Translations under genes and position numbers: made by a program
Source of the DNA: Thomasclavelia spiroformis DSM 1552
Lineage (GTDB): Bacteria; Bacillota_I; Bacilli_A; Erysipelotrichales; Coprobacillaceae
Direction of reading: 5' to 3'
Assembly (NCBI RefSeq): GCF_025149465.1
Contig: NZ_CP102275.1
Location: forward strand, 2,095,596-2,119,595
Length of the DNA: 24,000 nucleotides
Shown: positions 7,481 to 15,645 of the stretch, one piece after another
How the letters are laid out: each line of letters starts with the position of its first letter
Position numbering within the stretch: the first letter of the stretch is position 1
Notes under the pieces: generated by a model
Told to the model about the DNA's origin: nothing
The model's database searches: none
The model's input: the letters and a program-made list of their open reading frames with translations, nothing else

Positions 7481-7867
7481 TTATTTTTTCTTCGTCTTGA
7501 TTCTAAACAGTCTCTTCAGTCCTCGGCCTACTACCTGAAAGAAACTCAGTGACTTTACCAGCCGGTTCGATTCTATATATTTGTTTACTGCTCTCAATGT
7601 CGCCTTGTTGTCTCTTGTTGAAAATGTAAACCTTCCGTTTTGCTTCGTCACTATCGCAAAGCGCGGTATCCATTTCCCTTTAAAGTTTACTGATGCCATC
7701 ACATAGTCTATCTCTTCCCATGGTATCTGGATATAGTCCTTGAGATTCTTTTCATTATAGAATTCAAATGCCTTATCCCCTATCATCACCTTCCCATAGT
7801 TCGCCATCCCCAGATATGATGTCGCCGCTACTGTATAGTCTACTTTTGTATTCATTGACTGTACCAT
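7481..7867 (-). CDS. manO: DUF956-family protein, the usual fourth gene of Firmicute mannose-PTS operons
   Basis: MVQSMNTKVDYTVAATSYLGMANYGKVMIGDKAFEFYNEKNLKDYIQIPWEEIDYVMASV...RFAIVTKQNGRFTFSTRDNKATLRAVNKYI. I chose the start at 7867 because AGGAGA lies 6 nt upstream. The ORF-track start at 8017 would overlap manZ by 97 nt. Confidence 0.8.
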   Translation of the reverse strand: MVQSMNTKVDYTVAATSYLGMANYGKVMIGDKAFEFYNEKNLKDYIQIPWEEIDYVMASVNFKGKWIPRFAIVTKQNGRFTFSTRDNKATLRAVNKYIESNRLVKSLSFFQVVGRGLKRLFRIKTKKK

Positions 7868-7889
7868 CTGTATTCTCCTATTTCTCTGT

Positions 7890-7917
7890 ATAAAAAGCTC
7901 GGTTTCCCCGAGCTTTT
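7890..7917 (-). terminator. Intra-operon intrinsic terminator/attenuator between the IID gene and the DUF956 gene
   Basis: Minus strand reads AAAAGCTCGG-GGAAA-CCGAGCTTTT followed by TATAC. This is a GC-rich 6-10 bp stem plus a U-tract, within the 53-nt gap between the IID stop and the DUF956 start. Confidence 0.55.
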
Positions 7918-7920
7918 CTT

Positions 7921-8838
7921 TTACATGATTCCTATTAAATGTGCTCCAATACCTACTATGAATAATGCGATGATTATTATGATTGGTGACACTTTTTTCT
8001 TTAATAGCCAGCAGCATAGTAATGTTAATAATAATGCTGCAAGCCCTGGAATTAACTGATCCAAGTTTTGTTGTAATGTTGTTACTTTTACTTCATCCAA
8101 TGCTGAAGCTCCCAATTGACTGTATGTTGTCAATGCTGACTTGATCCCTTCTGCTCCTGATGGCAGATTTGACCAGTCAATGAATGCTCCTGCTGATTGT
8201 GTTACTTCTGATACTGTTGGTGTAAATGAAATACTTACCCAGCGTTGTACCAGTGATCCGATTATGAACATCCCTAATAGTGATGCCCCTTGTGTGATCT
8301 TTCCTAATAGCCCTCCTGATAAGTCTTTCGCTATTGATGTTCCTACTTTGTATCCGAATTCTTGTGTATACCAGATGAATGCCATTCTGATTATGTTCCA
8401 TGCAAAGAAGAATAGTAATGGCCCCACGATATTTCCGCTTAATGCAAGTGATGCTCCTAAGGCACCTAATATCGGTCTTAATGTAAACCAGAATACTGGA
8501 TCCCCTACTCCGGCTAATGGCCCCATCATTCCGACCTTAACCCCTTGGATTGCCTGGTCGTTGATTTCTGCTCCATTTGCTCTTTCTTCTTCCAACGCTA
8601 ATGTTACACCCATTACTGGTGCTGATACATATGGATGTGTATTATAGAATTCCATATGTCTCTTTAATGCTTCTATTTGATCCTCTTTATTTGGATATAG
8701 TCTTTTGATGGCTGGTATTATTGAATAACACCATCCTCCGTTTTGCATACGTTCATAGTTCCATGAACCTTGAAGGAACTGATGACGCCATGCAACAGAC
8801 ATACGATCTTTTTTTGTTAACTTATATTTTTCTGCCAT
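7921..8838 (-). CDS. manZ: PTS mannose/fructose/sorbose-family EIID component
   Basis: MAEKYKLTKKDRMSVAWRHQFLQGSWNYERMQNGGWCYSIIPAIKRLYPNKED...MEFYNTHPY is a classic IID N-terminus. It follows the IIC gene directly. Confidence 0.93.
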   Translation of the reverse strand: MAEKYKLTKKDRMSVAWRHQFLQGSWNYERMQNGGWCYSIIPAIKRLYPNKEDQIEALKRHMEFYNTHPYVSAPVMGVTLALEEERANGAEINDQAIQGVKVGMMGPLAGVGDPVFWFTLRPILGALGASLALSGNIVGPLLFFFAWNIIRMAFIWYTQEFGYKVGTSIAKDLSGGLLGKITQGASLLGMFIIGSLVQRWVSISFTPTVSEVTQSAGAFIDWSNLPSGAEGIKSALTTYSQLGASALDEVKVTTLQQNLDQLIPGLAALLLTLLCCWLLKKKVSPIIIIIALFIVGIGAHLIGIM

Positions 8839-8860
8839 GTTTATTTTTCTCCCTTCAAGA

Positions 8861-9679
8861 TTAATAATCGTTTAAGATATCTCCTAATGGGTCTCCAGAA
8901 CCTCCGGCTCCGTTTCCTCCATTAGATCCGCCATTTTCTTTTAATCCTAAATAGATTAATGCTAATGCGATTCCAATTGCCCCTAGTGCAATTAATGTTA
9001 ATTCTCCAATTGCTGCTAGTACGAACCCTAGTGCAAAGAATGGCCATGTTTCTTTTGTTGACATCATGTTGATTACCATTGCGTAACCTACTGCTGCTAC
9101 CATTCCCCCACCGATTGTCATACCGTCTGCTAACCATGATGGCATTTGATTCAATGCCCCTGTTACTGCTGATGCTGGTACGAAGCAAAGTGCAGCTGCT
9201 GGGATTGCGATTCTGACACCTTGTAATAAGATCGCTAAGATTTGCCACATTTCCATTGATCTCATGTTTCCTTTTTCTGCTGCTGCATCCATGAAGTGTA
9301 CCATTGGAATTGCAATTGTACGGCAGATCATTGTTAAGAATAATCCAGCTACTGAAAGTGGAATTGCTACTGCAATTGATGTTGAAATAGCAGTTTGCAC
9401 ATCAGTGCTTCCTCCTTCTAATCCTAACACCATGATGATTGCTGATGCTACTGATGCAAGTGCAGCATCAGGTGCAATTGCAGCACCTACGTTTGCCCAT
9501 CCAAGTGCAATCATCTGTAGCGAACCTCCTAGAATGATTCCTTCTGTTGCATGTCCGCTTACGATACCTATTAAGGTACATGCCACTAGTGGTTGATGGA
9601 ACTGGAATTCATCTAATACCCCTTCCATACCTGCTAGCAGGGCAACTATAATAATTAATATTACTGTTATGATTGACAT
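8861..9679 (-). CDS. manY: PTS mannose-family EIIC component
   Basis: MSIITVILIIIVALLAGMEGVLDEFQFHQPLVACTLIGIVSGH... is a polytopic membrane protein with a typical ManY/ManM N-terminus. The C-terminal tail is Gly-rich. Confidence 0.93.
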   Translation of the reverse strand: MSIITVILIIIVALLAGMEGVLDEFQFHQPLVACTLIGIVSGHATEGIILGGSLQMIALGWANVGAAIAPDAALASVASAIIMVLGLEGGSTDVQTAISTSIAVAIPLSVAGLFLTMICRTIAIPMVHFMDAAAEKGNMRSMEMWQILAILLQGVRIAIPAAALCFVPASAVTGALNQMPSWLADGMTIGGGMVAAVGYAMVINMMSTKETWPFFALGFVLAAIGELTLIALGAIGIALALIYLGLKENGGSNGGNGAGGSGDPLGDILNDY

Positions 9680-9691
9680 TATAATTTCCTC

Positions 9692-10678
9692 CTAAGCATT
9701 TCCTAATTCGGCTTTTGCCTTTTTAAGAAGATTATCGATATTTTCTTTTGAATCACTTGGTACCTTGCGGATATCAAATTTGATTCCTTTCGATTTTATT
9801 TTCTCGATTGTTTTTACATCATCTTTATCCATTGCGATTGCTTTATTTACAACCACTTTTCCAATTGAATGCGCCATTGATCCGATGTTTAGTTCTTTGA
9901 TCTCTACTCCACCTTCGATTGCTTTCAATGCATCCTGTGGTGTTTCAAACAGCAGCATCGCTTTTGTATTTCCAAATCGTGGATCCTTAGCTACCTTGAT
10001 CATTTTATCAACTGGTACTACATTAGCTTTTACTCCTGGTGGCGCTGCCTGTTCGATCATTTTCTTACGAAGATCATCTCGTGCTACTGAATCTGATACT
10101 ACGATGATTCGATTTGGATTTGTTGTCTTTGTCCATGTTGTAGCTACCTGTCCATGAAGCAAACGTGTATCGATACGTGCAAGTACATATTTGATCTTTC
10201 CGTCTCCGATCACTGTTCCTTCCGGAATTGCTCCTTGAACTGCTGCTTTTGTAGCTGCTGGAGCTGCTTTTACCGGTTCCAGTTTTTCAGGTTTTACTTT
10301 TACACCTTCTCTTGCAACTTCTACGATATGTTTTGCAATTTCATGTGCAGTTTGCATTGATAGACGAGAAGCATAAGCTTCAATCAGCATTGGCAAGTTC
10401 AAACCAGTAACGATTGCCCATGTGTCTTCATGTCCGTCGATTAGTCCATTAGATTGATTAAAAGGTGTACCACCCCATAAATCAACTAAAAACAAGACCT
10501 GTTCCTGATTTTCGAATGTAGCAATTGCTTCTTCTATCTTTGCCTTTAAATCATCTGGTCCTTCGCTAGGCTGTAATGTTACAGCTTTTACATCCTGCTG
10601 TTCTCCAAAGATCATTGATCCGGATTGTAGGATTCCGTTTGCGAATTCTCCATGACTAGCAAGAATAATTCCTACCAT
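9692..10678 (-). CDS. manX: PTS mannose-family fused EIIA-EIIB component
   Basis: N-terminal EIIA-Man domain (MVGIILASHGEFANG), an Ala/Pro-rich linker (KPEKLEPVKAAPAATKAAV), and an EIIB-Man domain (IKYVLARIDTRLLHGQVATTW). RBS GGGAGGAG. Confidence 0.93.
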   Translation of the reverse strand: MVGIILASHGEFANGILQSGSMIFGEQQDVKAVTLQPSEGPDDLKAKIEEAIATFENQEQVLFLVDLWGGTPFNQSNGLIDGHEDTWAIVTGLNLPMLIEAYASRLSMQTAHEIAKHIVEVAREGVKVKPEKLEPVKAAPAATKAAVQGAIPEGTVIGDGKIKYVLARIDTRLLHGQVATTWTKTTNPNRIIVVSDSVARDDLRKKMIEQAAPPGVKANVVPVDKMIKVAKDPRFGNTKAMLLFETPQDALKAIEGGVEIKELNIGSMAHSIGKVVVNKAIAMDKDDVKTIEKIKSKGIKFDIRKVPSDSKENIDNLLKKAKAELGNA

Positions 10679-10799
10679 CTTTTTCTCCTCCCATTCTTTA
10701 GTCTTTGAAAGTTATAAGCATTTTTTATAGGAAATATTTATTTCTACAGTATTATTTATATACTTTATTTCCGTTAACTTTACTCATAACTATACTTTA

Positions 10800-10828
10800 A
10801 GTATATAAATATTTATCAATATTTTCAA
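10800..10828 (-). promoter_or_regulatory. Predicted sigma-A promoter of the man PTS operon
   Basis: Minus strand reads TTGAAA (10828-10823), 17 nt spacer, TATACT (10805-10800). This leaves a leader of about 115 nt. Confidence 0.45.
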
Positions 10829-10858
10829 GAATTTTATATATACTGACCCCTTATAAGT

Positions 10859-10927
10859 TTTGTAATTTTATTTACAAATCTTGTGAAATTTTAGAACATA
10901 AGAATATTTGTAAATTAAATTACGAAA
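10859..10927. promoter_or_regulatory. Paired inverted-repeat operator candidates C1 (10859-10878) and C2 (10907-10927) in the divergent region
   Basis: C1 is TTTGTAA-ttttat-TTACAAA, a perfect 7+7 palindrome. C2 is TTTGTAA-attaaa-TTACGAAA. C2 ends 8 nt upstream of the predicted -35 of the regulator/PTS operon. C1 lies 30 nt upstream of the predicted man-operon -35. Confidence 0.55.
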
Positions 10928-10935
10928 TTTCTAAC

Positions 10936-10963
10936 TTTTCAAATTAATAATGTTCATTATAAT
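10936..10963 (+). promoter_or_regulatory. Predicted promoter of the PRD regulator / fructose-family PTS operon
   Basis: TTTTCA (10936-10941), 16 nt spacer, TATAAT (10958-10963). Confidence 0.4.
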
Positions 10964-10991
10964 ATATACTAGGTAAATGGGAGGTATAAAA

Positions 10992-13019
10992 ATGTTAATA
11001 AGTGCACGAATGCTTGAAATAGTAAAACATTTGTATCAGTACAAAACAACTACATATAAAGAAATAGAACAATCTCTTGGTATTAAAGAAAGAAATGTTA
11101 GATATGATGTTGACCGTATTAATGAAATATTAGCAGAAAATGGGCTAGAGCAAATAGAAAGAAAAGGTAAGGGTGTTTTAGAAGTCCCTGCTAATTTTAA
11201 AACATATATCTTTGAAACTAATAACGAATTTGTTTATTCACAAGCAGAACGTTCTTCAATATTATTGTTGTATCTTTTCTTTAATAACAAAGAATTAAAA
11301 CTTAATAAAATTGCAAAGAAAATTCAAGTTTCTCGAAGTACAATTAAAAACGACTTTGATGAGATTGAGCAAATGTTATTAAAAAAGGGATTTGAAATTA
11401 AATATGATGATAATTTTATTATCAATGGTGATACAAGACATCGTATTCGCTTTATGGTAGGTGAAATAAAAAAATATATTTCATTAATTAAACATTCAAA
11501 ATATTTAAATAGTTTTCAAGAATATGTTTTAGAAATTTTAGAACAATCATTTAAGGGTGTTTCATTAAGTAAAATTATTACATCAATTGATGATATGCTT
11601 GAAGAAACAAATCGTACATTTACAGATGAAACATATAACTGGTATGTTGCAAATATTTTATGCATGATATGGCTTTTTGAAAAAGATGGAATACCTGCTT
11701 TTGATCTTGGCTTTTTAGAAAGAGATGATCAAAATATTGATAAATTTATATTCCGGTTAGAAACACTTTTAAATAAAGAAATCGATAAAAAAAATCGTAA
11801 TAAAATGATAAATTTCTTAAGTTATTTAAATTTATATGCAAAATCAGAAAATAGTTTAGATATGGTAAATGTTGAAGCAATAGTTACTAATTTTATTTCC
11901 GGAATGTCTTTAGAAATGGGAATTCCATTTCAAAATGATCCAATTTTAATCGAAGGGTTGTTCAATCACATTGTTCCACTTATTCAACGGATTAAATTAG
12001 GTGTAGTAGTTGATGAAAATGTTATTTCATTATTATCTACAAAGAATTTAGAAGTATATGAAATTGTATCTCGAGTTATAACAAAAATAGATATTTTAAA
12101 CAAAATTACAAATGAAAATGAGATTGCCTATCTAACAATTCATTTTATTGCTAGTCTAAAAAGAATCAATACCACTAATCGTAAAAAAGTATTACTCGTA
12201 TGTGGACATGGTTATGGCACAACAACTATGTTAAAAGAAACATTATTAACTGAATATCAAGTTGAAATAGTTGACACAATTCCAAAATATAAAATATCAA
12301 GTTATCAAAACTTTGATAATATCGATTTAGTTATTACAACTACAAAATTAGATGTTGGTATTGATTATTTAAAAGTAAATCCAATTTTAACAGAACTAGA
12401 TGATAGATGTTTGATTAATGCTGGAATAGCCAGAAGAACACCGTTATCAAATTATTATTCAATAAATAAATCTTTGGACTTTTTAACTGATGAAGATAGA
12501 TTAAGGGTATTAGATGTTATTAGGGAAGAACTTGGATATCGTGATTTATGTAAACCGAAGAAAATTGCTAAATTAAGTGATTTATTAAGTGAAAATGTTA
12601 TTAAAATCGTTGATGAAGAAATGACATGGGAAGAAGCCATTATACAAAGTTGTAGTATCATGGAAAATATCAATGCTATTAATAGAAACTATATGGAATC
12701 TATTTTTGATATAATTGAACAAAATGGTTTTTATTCAATTATTGATGGTTCATTTGCATTATTACATGGAAATTGTGATATTGGCGTGTATAAAACATCT
12801 ATGAGCATGATCATTAATAAGAAAAAGATAAAATTTGGAGAAAAAGAAGTTAATATAATTTTCTGTTTATCTAGTAAAGATCAAAAAGAACATATACCAG
12901 CGATTATTAATCTTATGAAATTAGAAAAAACTACAGATTTCATAAAGTATGTTTTAAAAGCCGATTCAAGTAAAGAAGCGTATGAAACATTAGTACAATA
13001 TGAAAGGAGAATTATATAA
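10992..13019 (+). CDS. PRD-domain transcriptional activator, BglG/MtlR/ManR/LicR type (HTH - Mga-like HTH - PRD1 - PRD2 - EIIB-like - EIIA-like)
   Basis: Domain evidence, using ORF-track residue numbers:
- N-terminal winged-HTH regions.
- PRD2 motifs GLFNHIVPLIQR (His331) and EIAYLTIHFIAS (His389).
- EIIB(Gat)-like KVLLVCGHGYGTTTML (Cys409).
- EIIA(Mtl/Fru)-like C-terminus FALLHGN (His597).

I chose the start at 10992 (GGGAGGT 6 nt upstream) rather than the ORF-track ATG at 10977. Confidence 0.88.
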   Translation: MLISARMLEIVKHLYQYKTTTYKEIEQSLGIKERNVRYDVDRINEILAENGLEQIERKGKGVLEVPANFKTYIFETNNEFVYSQAERSSILLLYLFFNNKELKLNKIAKKIQVSRSTIKNDFDEIEQMLLKKGFEIKYDDNFIINGDTRHRIRFMVGEIKKYISLIKHSKYLNSFQEYVLEILEQSFKGVSLSKIITSIDDMLEETNRTFTDETYNWYVANILCMIWLFEKDGIPAFDLGFLERDDQNIDKFIFRLETLLNKEIDKKNRNKMINFLSYLNLYAKSENSLDMVNVEAIVTNFISGMSLEMGIPFQNDPILIEGLFNHIVPLIQRIKLGVVVDENVISLLSTKNLEVYEIVSRVITKIDILNKITNENEIAYLTIHFIASLKRINTTNRKKVLLVCGHGYGTTTMLKETLLTEYQVEIVDTIPKYKISSYQNFDNIDLVITTTKLDVGIDYLKVNPILTELDDRCLINAGIARRTPLSNYYSINKSLDFLTDEDRLRVLDVIREELGYRDLCKPKKIAKLSDLLSENVIKIVDEEMTWEEAIIQSCSIMENINAINRNYMESIFDIIEQNGFYSIIDGSFALLHGNCDIGVYKTSMSMIINKKKIKFGEKEVNIIFCLSSKDQKEHIPAIINLMKLEKTTDFIKYVLKADSSKEAYETLVQYERRII

Positions 13020-13021
13020 TA

Positions 13022-13471
13022 ATGTATCTGGCAGATAAAGAATGCGTAGTATTTGATATCCCAGATACTACAAAAGATAACGTAATAAAAACTTTAATTA
13101 GTAAACTTGATAAAGTAGGATGTATCTCTAATGTCGAAGAATTTTATAAAAATGTTTTAGACAGAGAAGAAATTTGTGCTACAGCAATAGGAAACGAAAT
13201 GGGTTTACCTCACGGCAAAACTTCAAATGTATTAAGACCATCTATTTGTTTTGGTCGATTACTTAATCCAGTAATATGGAATGAAAAAACAGGCGAAAAG
13301 GTTAAATATGTTATATTGATAGCTGTTCCAGAAAAAAATTCATCTGATGTACATATGAAAATTATTTCTTCTTTAGCCCGTAAATTAATGCATACAGAGT
13401 ATCGAAATATATTACTAAACGGAACCCAAGAAGAAGTATTTGACTTTTTAAATGCAACAGTAGAAATATAA
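13022..13471 (+). CDS. PTS EIIA component, fructose/mannitol (EIIA-2) family
   Basis: 149 aa with ATAIGNEMGLPHGKT (active-site His context) and KYVILIAVPE. The start is 2 nt after the regulator stop. Confidence 0.85.
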   Translation: MYLADKECVVFDIPDTTKDNVIKTLISKLDKVGCISNVEEFYKNVLDREEICATAIGNEMGLPHGKTSNVLRPSICFGRLLNPVIWNEKTGEKVKYVILIAVPEKNSSDVHMKIISSLARKLMHTEYRNILLNGTQEEVFDFLNATVEI

Positions 13472-13535
13472 ATTATATATAATGATTTGTTGTAGTATAA
13501 TACAGATATGTATACCATCTTAATGGAGGATGAAA

Positions 13536-14603
13536 ATGAAAAAAATACTAACAAATTTAAAACGTCATTTACTTACTGGTACATCTCATATGATTCCATT
13601 TATTGTAGCAGGAGGAATTTTATTTTCAATTTCAGTTATGTTAAATCCCGATGGGGCAACGGCCCCATCAGGAGATAGCAATACTTTTCTTTATGGCTTA
13701 TCACAGATTGGAAATGCAGGATTAACTTTATATATTCCAATTCTTGGTGGATATATTGCATATTCTATTGCTGATAGACCAGGATTAGCCCCTGGAATGT
13801 GTGGAGCATGGATTGCTAGAGATATTGGTGCCGGCTTTTTAGGCGGAATAGCTGCTGGCTTTATTGCTGGTTATATTGTCAACCAATTAAAAAAAATCAA
13901 ACTATCTACATCTTTAAAATCATTAGGTACAATTTTTTTATATCCATTGGTTGGCACCTTTTTAACAGGTGGCATTGTATTTTGGTTAATTGGAACACCA
14001 CTAAGTATGTTGATGAATGAACTAACAGAATGGTTAGCAGGCATGAGTGATGCTGGATTAATTCCTTTAGGTTCTATTTTAGGAACAATGACAGCATTTG
14101 ATATGGGAGGACCAATAAATAAAGTATCTACTTTATTTGCTCAAACCCAAGTAAATACTTTACCCTATTTAATGGGAGGAGTTGGTGTTGCAATTTGTAC
14201 GCCGCCACTTGGCATGGGACTAGCAACATTATTAGCACCAAAAAAATACAGTAACGAAGAAAAACAAGCAGGTAAAGCTGCAATTATAATGGGCTGTGTT
14301 GGAATTACAGAAGGAGCAATTCCTTTTGCTGCGAATGATCCAATAAGAGTTATTCCTTCTATTTGTGTTGGAGCAGCAATTGGAAATGTAATTGCATTTC
14401 TATCAGGTGTACTAAATCACGCCCCATGGGGTGGATTTATTGTATTGCCCGTAATAGAGGGACGATTAGGATATATTCTAGGTATCGTTATCGGTTCAAT
14501 TATTACTGCTATAATGGTAAATTTATTAAAAAAAGTAAATACAGATAAAACTGATTATAAAGATAATTTAGATGATATTGAATTAAATTTTGAAGAACTA
14601 TAA
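13536..14603 (+). CDS. PTS EIIC component, fructose family
   Basis: KRHLLTGTSHMIPFIVAGGILFSIS..., ...ITEGAIPFAANDP and ...PWGG are typical of the FruA/ManP-type IIC domain. I chose the start at 13536 (GGAGG 6 nt upstream). The ORF-track ATG at 13530 abuts the SD. Confidence 0.88.
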   Translation: MKKILTNLKRHLLTGTSHMIPFIVAGGILFSISVMLNPDGATAPSGDSNTFLYGLSQIGNAGLTLYIPILGGYIAYSIADRPGLAPGMCGAWIARDIGAGFLGGIAAGFIAGYIVNQLKKIKLSTSLKSLGTIFLYPLVGTFLTGGIVFWLIGTPLSMLMNELTEWLAGMSDAGLIPLGSILGTMTAFDMGGPINKVSTLFAQTQVNTLPYLMGGVGVAICTPPLGMGLATLLAPKKYSNEEKQAGKAAIIMGCVGITEGAIPFAANDPIRVIPSICVGAAIGNVIAFLSGVLNHAPWGGFIVLPVIEGRLGYILGIVIGSIITAIMVNLLKKVNTDKTDYKDNLDDIELNFEEL

Positions 14604-14626
14604 TACATTATAAAGGAGTGGAGAGA

Positions 14627-14932
14627 ATGAAAGTTGTTGGATGTACTGCATGTCCTTCAGGAGTAGCACATACATATATGGCTGCTGAAGCATTAATGTT
14701 ATCAGGAAAAAAATATGGTGTCGAAGTACACATGGAAACTCAAGGGGGGTGTGGGATTGAAAATAAATTAGATCCTAAAGATATCGAAGAAGCAGTTTGT
14801 GTTATTTTATCAAATGATATTAATATCGAAGGAGAAGATCGTTTTAAAGGAAAAAAGGTTCTCCGTATGGGAGTTTCTGATTTAATTGAAAAATCAGATG
14901 CAATTATTTCAAAAATCAAAAAAACATTTTAA
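14627..14932 (+). CDS. PTS EIIB component, fructose family
   Basis: MKVVGCTACPSGVAHTYMAAEAL is the canonical fructose-type IIB motif with its Cys. I chose the ATG at 14627 (AAAGGAG 8 nt upstream) rather than the GTG at 14618. Confidence 0.88.
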   Translation: MKVVGCTACPSGVAHTYMAAEALMLSGKKYGVEVHMETQGGCGIENKLDPKDIEEAVCVILSNDINIEGEDRFKGKKVLRMGVSDLIEKSDAIISKIKKTF

Positions 14933-15056
14933 ATGGTTAATCATTTTTAGAAATATAATAAATATGTGTATCAAACATAAATTAGTGAATTTCTTTTCCA
15001 TCTATTACTGTTAAATTAAAATGCAAATATTCATTAATTATGATAATCTATCTCAT

Positions 15057-15092
15057 AAAGAGTTTGTTAAATCGAGCAAACTCTTTTTTTAT
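15057..15092 (+). terminator. Rho-independent terminator of the regulator/PTS operon
   Basis: AAAGAGTTTG-ttaaatcgag-CAAACTCTTT is a perfect 10-bp stem, followed by TTTTTTTATTGTTTT. It lies 125 nt after the EIIB stop. Confidence 0.7.
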
Positions 15093-15600
15093 TGTTTTCT
15101 ATAATGTTTTTATATTCAGTAATTTAACTAAATCCAATTTTAATAATTATATAAGATTATTAATCCTTGTTTGATATCTATAACGAATTTAAATCAAACT
15201 CTTTCTAGCCTATTATTTCCTATTTCTTTATTTTTAGTTATTTAATATACAGTATTCCAATTTAAACTATGATGAATACTATCTTTTTAAAGATATCTAA
15301 TTAAATTTTTTTCATACAAAAAAAAACCTTTCATGACATGATTAAATTACTTATATCAATCTATCAAGAAAGAATAATATCATGTACGATGATATCACTT
15401 ATATTTTAAAATTAAGTCATGACAATGTACTATTCTGCATTAAAAAACTTTTTATCTTTCATAAGTTCTATATTAAAGATTATTAAAATATTAAACTTAA
15501 TTATGAGACACTTTAATGCTTAAAAATGTAGCAAATGACATATTATCTCTATATTTCTAAATTTATTTGATATTTAAATTAAAATTTCTATATATCGCAT

Positions 15601-15629
15601 ACAAAAACGGGATGATTTAATCATCCCGT
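15601..15629 (-). terminator. Rho-independent terminator of the 1859-aa GH92 gene
   Basis: Minus strand reads ACGGGATGA-ttaaa-TCATCCCGT followed by TTTTTGTAT, about 17 nt after the stop at 15646. Confidence 0.8.
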
Positions 15630-15645
15630 AAATTATATATGACTA

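Noticed and set aside
7868-8017. The N-terminal 50 codons of the 178-aa ORF-track call (7481-8017).
   Set aside because: This extension overlaps the IID gene by 97 nt and spans an intrinsic terminator hairpin. Its sequence (MLLAIKEKSVTNHNNHRIIHSRYW...) is not DUF956-like. An internal ATG at 7867 has a well-spaced AGGAGA RBS, so the gene was trimmed to 7481-7867.
8141-10360. ORFs antisense to or overlapping the man PTS genes (8141-8647, 8177-8401, 8922-9248, 9264-9596, 9765-10157, 10154-10360).
   Set aside because: They lie entirely inside strongly supported PTS genes on the opposite strand or in another frame. They lack RBSs and translate to low-complexity, unrecognisable peptides. These are typical shadow ORFs of the relatively GC-richer coding DNA.
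7481-10678. Visibly higher GC in the man PTS operon than in its neighbours (sampled 60-nt lines run around 45% against roughly 25-37% nearby). I considered a horizontally acquired island.
   Set aside because: No mobility genes or repeats flank the operon. The excess comes largely from Gly/Ala-rich membrane proteins and C-ending two-fold codons (TTC, ATC, AAC, GAC, TAC), which are typical of highly expressed genes in low-GC Firmicutes. Codon bias is therefore the simpler explanation. A proper codon-adaptation and k-mer analysis would settle it.
13210-13554. The 114-aa minus-strand ORF spanning the EIIA/EIIC junction, and the 14363-14548 and 12455-12673 ORFs.
   Set aside because: They are antisense to or out of frame with well-supported PTS and regulator genes. 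They have no RBS and their peptides are unrecognisable.
10977-14626. ORF-track start codons at 10977 (regulator), 13530 (EIIC) and 14618 (EIIB, GTG).
   Set aside because: In each case an ATG 6-15 nt downstream has a canonical SD at 6-8 nt spacing (10992, 13536, 14627), while the upstream codon overlaps or abuts the SD. The downstream starts were used, at moderate confidence.
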